The notes below the pieces were generated by a model. The model was not told the DNA's origin, did not search any database, and was given only the letters and a program-made list of their open reading frames with translations. A DNA stretch of 64,000 bases from a virus. Lineage: Duplodnaviria; Heunggongvirae; Uroviricota; Caudoviricetes. The stretch is taken from the IMG/VR virus record IMGVR_UViG_3300005399_000003; one strand, given 5' to 3'. Of this stretch, positions 28,520 to 36,116 are shown piece by piece. A program made the position numbers and the translations under genes. Position 1 is the first letter of the stretch. Each line of letters opens with the position of its first letter.

Positions 28520-28585
28520 CATGGAAGAATATCTCAAGGCAGAACTCAGCTACAGTGGCAAAGCAGGGTGCGGGGAGAACAAGGT

Positions 28586-28930
28586 ATGATCTTAGGTGAC
28601 AACATCGCTCAAAACATGGGCCCGGGTTGGTCGTCAGAGGACGGGCAATACTACGACTTCGAAGGCAAAGGCTGGGTGAAGCTCTACGAGGACAATGATT
28701 ACTGGATGATTGATCTCATTCAGGTCAATCCCGAGCATCGTCGCAAGGGCGTTGGCACCCGCATGCTCAAGGACTTGCTAAGTCTCGACAGCAAACCCGT
28801 TCATCTTCAGGCAGACCCAACTGATCCAAGCATCCCAACGCATGTGCTCGTGGCTTGGTACGAGAAACACGGCTTTGTCGTCACTCCCGGCACTGATCAC
28901 TGGATGATCTACACACCCAAGGGATACTAA
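28586..28930 (+). CDS. GNAT-family N-acetyltransferase
   Basis: IQVNPEHRRKGVGTRMLKDLL matches GNAT motif A. Confidence 0.55.
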   Translation: MILGDNIAQNMGPGWSSEDGQYYDFEGKGWVKLYEDNDYWMIDLIQVNPEHRRKGVGTRMLKDLLSLDSKPVHLQADPTDPSIPTHVLVAWYEKHGFVVTPGTDHWMIYTPKGY

Positions 28931-28933
28931 GGC

Positions 28934-29041
28934 ATGATCAGGCATCAACTACGCAACATGGTCATCGTAATCCTGGCCATGATCATCGGCATCACTGTAG
29001 GCATAGCGCTCGTAAAGACACTGCCTGGCACTCTACTCTAG
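28934..29041 (+). CDS. small hydrophobic peptide (35 aa)
   Basis: MIRHQLRNMVIVILAMIIGITVGIALV is a single TM helix. Confidence 0.25.
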   Translation: MIRHQLRNMVIVILAMIIGITVGIALVKTLPGTLL

Positions 29042-29044
29042 CTA

Positions 29045-29390
29045 GAAATCCCCTCACCACAACAGACCCCAAAAATAGCCCCTCAGAAGCCCCAAAACGC
29101 AATCAGCACCCCCAACCCCCGACAGACCCTCCAACGCCCCACAGACCCCCTCACAGCGCAGCGCACGCAACGCCTAACCCCAACAAAGCCCGCGCAACCC
29201 GCAATCAATCCCAACCCCAGAGGAAAACTACCCGCAAGCCCATCAGACCCCGCAGCGCCAAGAACCCTCGGAGCAACGATCAAACCAATCCTGAAACGTA
29301 AGACAAACAGACCTCGAACTTTCGACCCGACAAGAGCACGACCAAGAGCACAGCCACCCTCGGGAACGCCAGTAGGGAAAGGAAAGGGAA
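29045..29390 (+). repeat. C-rich/G-poor low-complexity tract (CCCCAA/ACCC repeats), non-coding
   Basis: About 340 bp with almost no G on the + strand. No ORF with a start codon is present. Confidence 0.6.
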
Positions 29391-29575
29391 AAGCCTATAC
29401 ACACAAGGCTATGATGCTCTCGGATAGGGAAAGGTCAGGGGTGAGACTATAGAGGGATAGAAGGGAGGACATACGGGAAAGGAGACTGATCTGCCTATAG
29501 GGGAAAGGAGGGGTTTTTGCCTATAGACACATGTACGGTAGGGAAAGGAGAGCTTTGTGCCTAGAAACTCTCCCT
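29380..29575 (+). repeat. direct repeats GGGAAAGG...(T)GCCTATAG, 4-5 copies
   Basis: Units at about 29387, 29440, 29500 and 29545. Related units occur at 30700, 31620 and 32300. Confidence 0.55.
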
Positions 29576-29687
29576 ATAAGACGCCGATAAGTGGGCCTGC
29601 GCCTAACCAAACCACCAATCCCAGCCTTGCCACCGCCTGAACTATCCGCGCCACTTCCAAGCCATCGCCAGTCCATCTCGACCATGG

Positions 29688-29750
29688 CCCCACCATGGAC
29701 GTGCCATGGACGTGCCATGGCGTTGGCGTGTTGCCGTGACCATGGCGACA
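29688..29750 (+). promoter_or_regulatory. array of 5 CCATGG palindromes upstream of AGTCA-N4-TGACT element
   Basis: ACCATGGCC, ACCATGGAC, GCCATGGAC, GCCATGGCG and ACCATGGCG within about 65 bp. Confidence 0.5.
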
Positions 29751-29818
29751 AGTCATCGTTGACTGTCCAGCTCTGCGGGGTGATTGTGGGTTTGTTCAAG
29801 CATGAAAGGGAAAGCTCA

Positions 29819-30199
29819 ATGGCAAAGAACACCCCCAAGACGCCCATCACATTCAGTGTGGCAGACATCAGAGCGGTCGTAGACACAGGGATGGCGTATC
29901 GCACAGCGAAGGGCGACCCTGAATTGGCACTTGCCCGCATCAATGGTCTTCAGCGTGAGATCAATGAGATCGTTGGTACATACGAGAACAACGATGGCAG
30001 CGTGAAGCGCAATCATGGACTGTCGCGGGATCAGTTGTTGGAGCGCATTGCGCGTAGCTGCTTTCTGTTGGCAGAGCGCGTCTACATCATGCAGCACTCC
30101 CAAGGTAAGGGCTGTGACATGATTGATCTGCGGCGGGTCGTGAATGACAACTATGACAAGGCAATCAAGCGTGTGGGCTTGGCCCCACAACCCGCTTGA
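29819..30199 (+). CDS. hypothetical protein
   Basis: CATGAAAGGGAAAGCTCAATG leader. Confidence 0.5.
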   Translation: MAKNTPKTPITFSVADIRAVVDTGMAYRTAKGDPELALARINGLQREINEIVGTYENNDGSVKRNHGLSRDQLLERIARSCFLLAERVYIMQHSQGKGCDMIDLRRVVNDNYDKAIKRVGLAPQPA

Positions 30200-30257
30200 T
30201 CTGCCATAACTGCACCCCCACAAAGGGGGTGCAACAACATGAAAGGGATAACAGCTT

Positions 30258-30620
30258 ATGAACGAAGCAGACAAGATCATCCGCAACGCCCACGCAGCAA
30301 GCATTCAGTCCGCAATCGACGACAGCAATGCGCGGGTTATACTGCACAAACAAGAGAGTGCGCCTTTGCATGACAAGCTCCGGGCGCTGTTCACCAACCC
30401 TGATCACGCCGTTGAATATGACGCTGTGTGCAGCGCCTTTGGGCATGAGCCCACGCTGTCTGAGCTGGGTTTCCATCTGTCTTCTATGACGCTGACGCCT
30501 GAAGAAGCCATGCGCGTTGATACGCTGATCGCGGGAATGGCGAGCGATGTCTTCCGTTTCAACTGCTCTGAGGGCGGGGATCAGCCTGAAGACGTGATCG
30601 ACGCCCTATACGGGTTCTGA
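30258..30620 (+). CDS. hypothetical protein
   Basis: Preceded by the hairpin GCACCCCC-ACAAA-GGGGGTGC, then CAAC and GAAAGGGA. Confidence 0.5.
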   Translation: MNEADKIIRNAHAASIQSAIDDSNARVILHKQESAPLHDKLRALFTNPDHAVEYDAVCSAFGHEPTLSELGFHLSSMTLTPEEAMRVDTLIAGMASDVFRFNCSEGGDQPEDVIDALYGF

Positions 30621-30661
30621 CCTAGAACACTGAGAGGGGTTCCTGCTCCCCTCTCAGAACT

Positions 30662-30700
30662 CCCGACCCGAGGTACTTCCCCTTTCAGCCTCGGGTCGGT
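30662..30700 (+). terminator. hairpin terminator-like element
   Basis: CCGACCCGAGG...CCTCGGGTCGG, an 11-bp stem. Confidence 0.4.
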
Positions 30701-30939
30701 CGAGAAAGGCGAGGGAAAGGCGGGGTTTGGGCCTAGATATAGCCATGGAGCTGCCATGGTAATAATCTTGCGCAGTTTTGGCTTGGAGCTTAATCTCACC
30801 CCGGAGGCGATTGATCTCGCCTTCAATGAAATCAAAGGGTTGCTAGGCGAAAGATTATTGCGCGTTGGCAGCTGTTTTGGGGTGATCTGCCGCTATTGAG
30901 GGGTGATAAGGGCTGTAGAGCAACAGAAAGGGATTACCC

Positions 30940-31185
30940 ATGGCATACAAGTTCAAAAGCGAGTGTCTCAAGCTTCAGGCAGAAAGCGTCATCATGGCAG
31001 CTTTTGAGGGCGACAACGAACACGCCATCATCGACACGGGCAGCAACGGGTCGCCCTCCTATCACGTTGTCACCTTCAATCACGGGCGCGAGGGAATGTG
31101 CCTCAACGCAGAAGAGCACAGCAACATGCCTGATGCGATCAAAGCCCTCTCGGGGTTCATGGTGACTGAATACGCGGGAGTTTAA
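30940..31185 (+). CDS. hypothetical protein
   Basis: GAAAGGGATTACCCATGG leader. Confidence 0.5.
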   Translation: MAYKFKSECLKLQAESVIMAAFEGDNEHAIIDTGSNGSPSYHVVTFNHGREGMCLNAEEHSNMPDAIKALSGFMVTEYAGV

Positions 31186-31258
31186 GGTGCCCTTCACCCT
31201 TTGACCCACCTAGTCTGCACCCCCACAACGGGGGTGTAGCAACTGAAAGGGATTACCC

Positions 31259-31606
31259 ATGCAATATGCAGTTATCACAGACGCACAGATCGACTTCCTT
31301 AAAGCGAACCCCGTGCCCAACGTCGATCAGTTTCACACACCCTACGCCTACGTCATCGAAAATCAGCGCGACGATTGCACCTTGAGCAAAGAGCAAGTCA
31401 TCGAACTGACGCAGATGATGCACCTAATGCCCCATGTCGCCCTTGTTGACTACAGTGAGAAACAGGGGCGCGAAACCCGCTATGCTGCCTATTACGACGG
31501 GTCGCTGTCGTTCCTAGAGATCGGGGAAGAAGTCGATGGGCGCTGCACTGTGACTGCCTTGAGCGACAGGGATCACGCCTATGTGCTCGGGTATTTCGGG
31601 CGATAA
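31259..31606 (+). CDS. hypothetical protein
   Basis: Hairpin GCACCCCC-ACAAC-GGGGGTG, then GAAAGGGATTACCCATG. Confidence 0.5.
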   Translation: MQYAVITDAQIDFLKANPVPNVDQFHTPYAYVIENQRDDCTLSKEQVIELTQMMHLMPHVALVDYSEKQGRETRYAAYYDGSLSFLEIGEEVDGRCTVTALSDRDHAYVLGYFGR

Positions 31607-31612
31607 ACCCCG

Positions 31613-31645
31613 AAAGCCCGCCCAAGAGAAAGGCGGGCTTTTTGC
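31613..31645 (+). terminator. rho-independent terminator
   Basis: AAAGCCCGCC-loop-GGCGGGCTTTTT. Confidence 0.6.
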
Positions 31646-31654
31646 CTAGAAGGG

Positions 31655-31795
31655 GTCTTCCATGGCACGGCCATGGCAAAGCTACCATGGCGTTTGCCTA
31701 AACGCGGCCATGGCAGGTCCATGGAGATCAGGCCATGGTCTTCTCCTAAACGCGGCCATGGCGGGTCCATGGCGTTTCGGCCATGGCGCCCCGGG
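31655..31795 (+). promoter_or_regulatory. array of 9 CCATGG palindromes incl. ~40-bp tandem repeat
   Basis: Nine G/TCCATGGC sites within about 135 bp. CTAAACGCGGCCATGGC(A/G)GGTCCATGG is duplicated. Confidence 0.55.
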
Positions 31796-31856
31796 ACTGT
31801 TGCGCTGCCTAACCCTGCGCGGGACATTGGGGCATCAACAGAGAAAGGGATTACCC

Positions 31857-32189
31857 ATGAAGATCGAACTGGAAGTATGTGACTGCTCGGGCGAAGCGAT
31901 TGTTTGCAAGGTGACGCCCACAGACGCGCAGATCGAGAAGATCGAGAAGGCGATAAGCGAGAACCCCTCAAAGATGTTTGAATGGCAAGGCGAGCTGCCC
32001 AATGTCGCTGAGACGACTGTGGAGGGCGTTGACTGCATGTCATTCATGGACGAGGGCATTCTGATCATGTCGATCGCTGGACCCTCGTATATGGACTGTC
32101 TGACGATCTGGGAGGACAAAGAGATGCAAGAGCGCGCAATCGCTGAGACATGGATGCTCTTTGTCCCGCATTTGAAGATCTTCCTCTAA
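31857..32189 (+). CDS. hypothetical protein
   Basis: GAAAGGGATTACCCATG leader. The portion of the tracked ORF upstream of this ATG runs through the CCATGG repeats and is probably non-coding. Confidence 0.5.
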   Translation: MKIELEVCDCSGEAIVCKVTPTDAQIEKIEKAISENPSKMFEWQGELPNVAETTVEGVDCMSFMDEGILIMSIAGPSYMDCLTIWEDKEMQERAIAETWMLFVPHLKIFL

Positions 32190-32335
32190 AGGGAAAGGCG
32201 AGCCCCGCGTCCATATTAGGGAAAGGCTAGCCCCGTGGCGGGCTCTAGGAAAGGCTGCGGGAAAGGCTAGCCCCGTGGCGAGGCTTAGGAAAGGCTCGGA
32301 GAAAGGCGAGCGCTTTGCCTAGGAACGGCGCGGAA
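32190..32335 (+). repeat. direct repeats GGGAAAGGCTAGCCCCGTGGCG(G/A)GC(T)CTAGG x2 plus GGAAAGGC variants
   Basis: Two near-identical units of about 30 bp, each containing an internal hairpin. Confidence 0.55.
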
Positions 32336-32423
32336 AAGGAGAGGAAAGGCAGCAAAAAATGCCGCGGCAAGGCGCGGCAAAGCCCCTGCGGGGCTTGGAG
32401 GAGGCTAGGCGCCCCCTTGATCG

Positions 32424-32450
32424 ACTGTCGCCCGAATGTCACAGTGACAT
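32424..32450. promoter_or_regulatory. perfect 27-bp palindrome GCCCGAATGTCAC-A-GTGACATTCGGGC
   Basis: 13-bp arms with no mismatches; operator-like. Confidence 0.5.
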
Positions 32451-32593
32451 TCGGGCAACAGGGCGTCAATATCGGGTAGTAACGCTAGTTTGCGATTCTA
32501 GCCCCAAAAGCGTTTTCTGCGCTGCATCTGCGAAGATTACTGCGATTATGCTGCAAAGCAAAATAGCGATGAAACGGGTGATAGCTTGCATGA

Positions 32594-32803
32594 TTACGCC
32601 CCCAATTCGCGATACACCCATGCCCGTTGAACGGGCGGGATTGCGTCGAGATATGCAAGCGCGTCAGCGTCATCTTCATGCAAGCTCAGCATTGTCTCAA
32701 TCCCTGACAGGGGCAGGGGCAAGACGTGATCAAACACGCGCACATCATAGCTCTCGGGGCGTTTGCTGCGCGGGGCGCGGGGCAGGGTAACTACGTTCGA
32801 CAT
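32594..32803 (-). CDS. hypothetical small protein
   Basis: On the minus strand it is preceded by GAAAGGGATTTACCCAATG, the same leader used by the + strand cassette genes. Confidence 0.45.
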   Translation of the reverse strand: MSNVVTLPRAPRSKRPESYDVRVFDHVLPLPLSGIETMLSLHEDDADALAYLDAIPPVQRAWVYRELGA

Positions 32804-32854
32804 TGGGTAAATCCCTTTCAAGTGTTGCGGGCTGTTTCGCCCGTATCTCTTTCT

Positions 32855-33000
32855 AAGTCATCTTTGACTTGATTCGCAATATCCCTTTCCCATTAAATCG
32901 CCCCCTTTTCCCCTTTCCCCATATAAAGGGATTAAATCGCCCCCTTTTCATAAAAGCGCATTTTAGGGGTTGCGAATCAAGTCACCCCTGACTTATACAT
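32855..33000. promoter_or_regulatory. composite regulatory region: two AGTCA-N4-TGACT elements embedded in a 15-bp inverted repeat flanking 2x direct repeat ATTAAATCGCCCCCTTTTC
   Basis: The TTGACTTGATTCGCAA...TTGCGAATCAAGTCA arms enclose the direct repeats. Confidence 0.5.
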
Positions 33001-33058
33001 ATTTCACGGGCAACGAAGCGCCCCGCAAGAAAGCGCTTCACATGAAAGGGAAAGACCC

Positions 33059-33742
33059 ATGACAAACGTTTCTATCAAAGCAATGCGCGAAAATCTGACA
33101 GCTAACTTTGCAGCGCGTGAAGAGTTTGAAGCGAAAAAGGGCAAAGCTGCTAGCATCATGCCCCAGCTTGATCGTCATTTCGCGTATGACAATAAAGCGC
33201 AAGATTCCAAATGGGGTAACGATGTATTCAAAGCCCTGCGCGATGCGGGTGTCTCTAACTTTGACTTCATCACGCACAAGCTGCGCGAGTCTGATATGTT
33301 CAATATCAAGGGGCTTGCGAAAGTAGGGGCGCACATTGAAAGCATCGCGCGGGGCAAGCTCACCCAATTTGACAAGACGAATCAGAAGTATTGCGGGGCG
33401 ATTGTGCATGAGCTGATTCAGAATCGTGACAAGTTCGAGCGGGGCGAAATGCAAATCAAAACAGGGCAATTTGTACCCATGTTCGCCCGCGCAGCACGCA
33501 ACGACTCGCTTGCGACATATGATTTCGCAACATCGCTAATCAGCGTTCAACCCAGCACTGCTAGCACGCAAGCAAGCTCTAGCATGCGCGCCCTAGATGC
33601 AATGGGGGTAGTGAACGCATACGAAACAGGGACAGGGAAAGACAAGACATTGCATGTAAACTATGTGAAATGGGATCACCCCCTTGTCGCTTTGTTCGCT
33701 GAGCTTTACGGGCTAGACGTTCCCAAAACTGAGCAAGCTTAA
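33059..33742 (+). CDS. hypothetical protein (lower-GC, likely horizontally acquired moron)
   Basis: Local GC is about 48%, against roughly 60% for the window. The gene carries the same GAAAGGGAAAGACCCATG leader. Confidence 0.55.
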   Translation: MTNVSIKAMRENLTANFAAREEFEAKKGKAASIMPQLDRHFAYDNKAQDSKWGNDVFKALRDAGVSNFDFITHKLRESDMFNIKGLAKVGAHIESIARGKLTQFDKTNQKYCGAIVHELIQNRDKFERGEMQIKTGQFVPMFARAARNDSLATYDFATSLISVQPSTASTQASSSMRALDAMGVVNAYETGTGKDKTLHVNYVKWDHPLVALFAELYGLDVPKTEQA

Positions 33743-33744
33743 AC

Positions 33745-33832
33745 TGCCCCGCTAGCGCCCCTCTGAGGGGCGTTAGCATCCCCGCAAGGGGGTCGGGTAG
33801 GGAATGACATTAGCGCCCCTCAGAGGGGCTTA
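33745..33832. terminator. convergent-transcription terminator hairpins
   Basis: GCTAGCGCCCCTC-TGA-GAGGGGCGTTAGC and TTAGCGCCCCTCAGAGGGGCT, between + strand and - strand gene blocks. Confidence 0.45.
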
Positions 33833-34048
33833 TATTGGGCGAATCACACGCGGGCGTTGCAAGAAGCCCTAGATTCGCTGTCAAGCCCTATGGACCGTCA
33901 CCTTCCTCTTTGCGGCGGGTTTTTCGGCCGCTCCTTATACAGCCGCGGACGGGGTGCAGACCGCTCCTTATACAGCCGTCCAAGGGTCCGATTGTCCGCT
34001 GGTCAAGGGTCCGTGGGTCGATTGGTCGCTGGTCGCCAGCGTCTTCGA

Positions 34049-34273
34049 TCAGTGGTCGCCATCGAAGAATTGCTCAAGGTTGATGGGAAACCAGCCGTCA
34101 GCGACGGAGCCCGCGAGGCAGGCTGTCGCCTCCCACGGGTCGTCCGTGCGCTGACCGTCTTCGTCGAACCAGATGGAGCAGTCGATCTCTTTACCGTCGC
34201 TGCGCAGGGCGATCTGCTCCGACGTGTTGATGGCGACGATCTTCAAAGGCTCTTGTGCGACAGGCAGGGGCAT
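34049..34273 (-). CDS. hypothetical protein
   Basis: ORF at the end of the minus-strand block. Confidence 0.4.
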   Translation of the reverse strand: MPLPVAQEPLKIVAINTSEQIALRSDGKEIDCSIWFDEDGQRTDDPWEATACLAGSVADGWFPINLEQFFDGDH

Positions 34274-34330
34274 GATGGTCTTTCGAGATGGATGGAAATT
34301 GATTCAGGAAGGTCGCAAAATTGTGGACGC

Positions 34331-34819
34331 TCACCCGCGTTCCTTTTCGAGCTGCGCCAATGTTCGGGCATTCAGGCGACATGCCTCTCTGACGAAGTCC
34401 ATTTCGTCTGGCCCCGTCATCGTGTGGGTCGGAAACAGATGATGTTCGATGATCACCATTGGAAGACGGATGCCCCTTAGTCTGTCGAGTGAGCCGTTGA
34501 ACGTGGTGCCGATGATGATACGCGGGCCGCTGTCGAGCAGAATGCTGCGACTTGTGGGGCTGTAGACCGGATCGCTGGTTTCAAGCCATTGAGACTTGAT
34601 AATACCCTGTGCGGCTTCGTGCTGACGGGGCGGGTTGGTGGCGAAAAGCACATTACAGCCCAGCACGGCGAGATAGGCTGCCTTGTTGTACTGCCCGAAA
34701 CTGCGGCCCGAGCGCCGCGGGGTGGCCATGTCGTAGTGCTGATGCGCCCCCATGAAGGCATGGGGGTCGCTGATCGTATAGGCGATGTAGGGCTCGGGTT
34801 TGGTCATGGCAGTGTGCAT
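34331..34819 (-). CDS. hypothetical protein
   Basis: GAGAAGGAAGACCCATG RBS on the minus strand. Confidence 0.5.
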   Translation of the reverse strand: MHTAMTKPEPYIAYTISDPHAFMGAHQHYDMATPRRSGRSFGQYNKAAYLAVLGCNVLFATNPPRQHEAAQGIIKSQWLETSDPVYSPTSRSILLDSGPRIIIGTTFNGSLDRLRGIRLPMVIIEHHLFPTHTMTGPDEMDFVREACRLNARTLAQLEKERG

Positions 34820-34831
34820 GGGTCTTCCTTC

Positions 34832-35059
34832 TCAGGGCAGAACGACGCTTGGGTCCAGCAGCAGGTCGATTTGCAGGTCGATGATGGTGATCTGACGCTC
34901 GATCTCCGGGACAGCGCGCGCCAGCCCCGGAAGGTTTGCGAAATCGTGGGTGTCTTTGAGGATCTCCACGGTGCGCTTGAGGCAGCAAACCTCGTCTTTG
35001 AGCTTGACCGCGCGCCAGATGCGGCTTGGGTTCGTGATGATGAACAACAGGGCTTCCAT
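34832..35059 (-). CDS. hypothetical protein
   Basis: ATG overlaps the stop of the upstream HAD gene (TGATG). Confidence 0.4.
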   Translation of the reverse strand: MEALLFIITNPSRIWRAVKLKDEVCCLKRTVEILKDTHDFANLPGLARAVPEIERQITIIDLQIDLLLDPSVVLP

Positions 35060-35598
35060 CAGTAGTTGCCCTCCGCGACCTGACAGCAGAGCAGCCCCTT
35101 CGCGCGCCACATGGCGGTGTCGTCTTTGCGATCTTCAAAGGCGAGCTTGGGATCGAAACCGTCCATGCGGGCTTGCTCCAGCAGTTCTCCTTTGACGATG
35201 TGACTTGGGCGACGATCACCATCCTTGCGCATGTAGATGATCGGGCCGACGACTTTGCCTTGGTAGCTCGTCTGCTTCATCCAGTAATGCCATGCGTAGA
35301 CGCGCACCGGGCAGTATTGGGTCATCAGCCAATTGTAGGTGACTTCACGCTGCGCCTCGGGTCGCCCGGTGATGAAGATCACGCGATGGCCCTCGTAGAG
35401 CATGGCTTCAAGCAGGCGCCAGGTTTGCTCGATCGGCGCATCCTTTGCCACAGCGTCATCGCTCAAGAAGGCATCCCAGTCCTTTCGGAAGGGTTGTTCA
35501 TAGGCGATGTTCGGATCGGGGGTGATGTGATGAAGACGGTGGCTGGCGTTTGCCAGCGTCCCGTCGATGTCGAAGACGATGTCCATGATGCGGCTCAC
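35059..35598 (-). CDS. HAD-family polynucleotide 3'-phosphatase, homolog of T4 Pnk C-terminal domain (no kinase domain)
   Basis: VFDIDGTL (motif I), VIFITGR (motif II) and a C-terminal AFEDRKDDTAMWRAKGLLCCQVAEGNY. The last closely parallels T4 Pnk [27 protein letters not shown]. Start is GTG 35598 or ATG 35586. Confidence 0.7.
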   Translation of the reverse strand: MSRIMDIVFDIDGTLANASHRLHHITPDPNIAYEQPFRKDWDAFLSDDAVAKDAPIEQTWRLLEAMLYEGHRVIFITGRPEAQREVTYNWLMTQYCPVRVYAWHYWMKQTSYQGKVVGPIIYMRKDGDRRPSHIVKGELLEQARMDGFDPKLAFEDRKDDTAMWRAKGLLCCQVAEGNY

Positions 35599-36116
35599 TT
35601 CATGTCGTCAGGCAGGGCGGCATCGGTGATGCGCGCGTAGACCTTGCCAAGGCGGTTGTAGATCCAGCGGCCGATGTCCATCAGGAAGTCATCGAAGAAG
35701 TAGACGATCATCGAGAAGGGCCACAGAATGATCCAAGTGGCGATACGCTCGATGTGCTTGCTAGCCCGGGCCTCATTGGGGAAGTAGATGCTTTCCTTGA
35801 AGGGCGTGCTGGGGGTTTTGCCTTTGTGGGTGCAGTCGAAACTATGCTTGGCATCATGCAAGGCACGCTGCACGCGACTGCTATGCATCCACCGGCGCCA
35901 TTTGTAGAGCGACCAGACAGTGCCGATAGCAAGCGACAGGACGGTCAGGGAAATCAGCGTGACGGGGTCTGCCAGAAAGGCCAGATGAGACAGTCCGAAG
36001 AAGACGTAGCCCACCGCGAGATAGACGACCACCATGGCGGCTGCGAGGGTAAGGGATTCAAACCAGGCGGCCGCGCCGAATACGCTCAGTGTGATCAGAA
36101 GAAGGATGAAGTGCAT
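35595..36116 (-). CDS. integral membrane protein (4-5 TM)
   Basis: Hydrophobic helices throughout. Confidence 0.55.
   Translation of the reverse strand: MHFILLLITLSVFGAAAWFESLTLAAAMVVVYLAVGYVFFGLSHLAFLADPVTLISLTVLSLAIGTVWSLYKWRRWMHSSRVQRALHDAKHSFDCTHKGKTPSTPFKESIYFPNEARASKHIERIATWIILWPFSMIVYFFDDFLMDIGRWIYNRLGKVYARITDAALPDDMK

Noticed and set aside
29083-29283. 66-aa minus-strand ORF inside the C-rich tract
   Set aside because: Gly/Arg-rich translation of the G-rich complement strand. No RBS. Low-complexity artefact.
31662-31856. N-terminal part of tracked ORF 31662-32189 running through the CCATGG array (repeating AMAGPWR peptide)
   Set aside because: The repeat-encoded peptide is an artefact of the DNA repeat. 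A strong GAAAGGGATTACCCATG leader marks the real start at 31857.
29380-32335. Possible CRISPR array
   Set aside because: Repeat units are heterogeneous in length and sequence. There is no regular spacer periodicity and no cas genes.
32359-32790. 143-aa + strand ORF overlapping the minus-strand small gene and the 27-bp palindrome
   Set aside because: Arg/Ala-rich and lacks the conserved leader. The minus-strand gene with the canonical leader is preferred.
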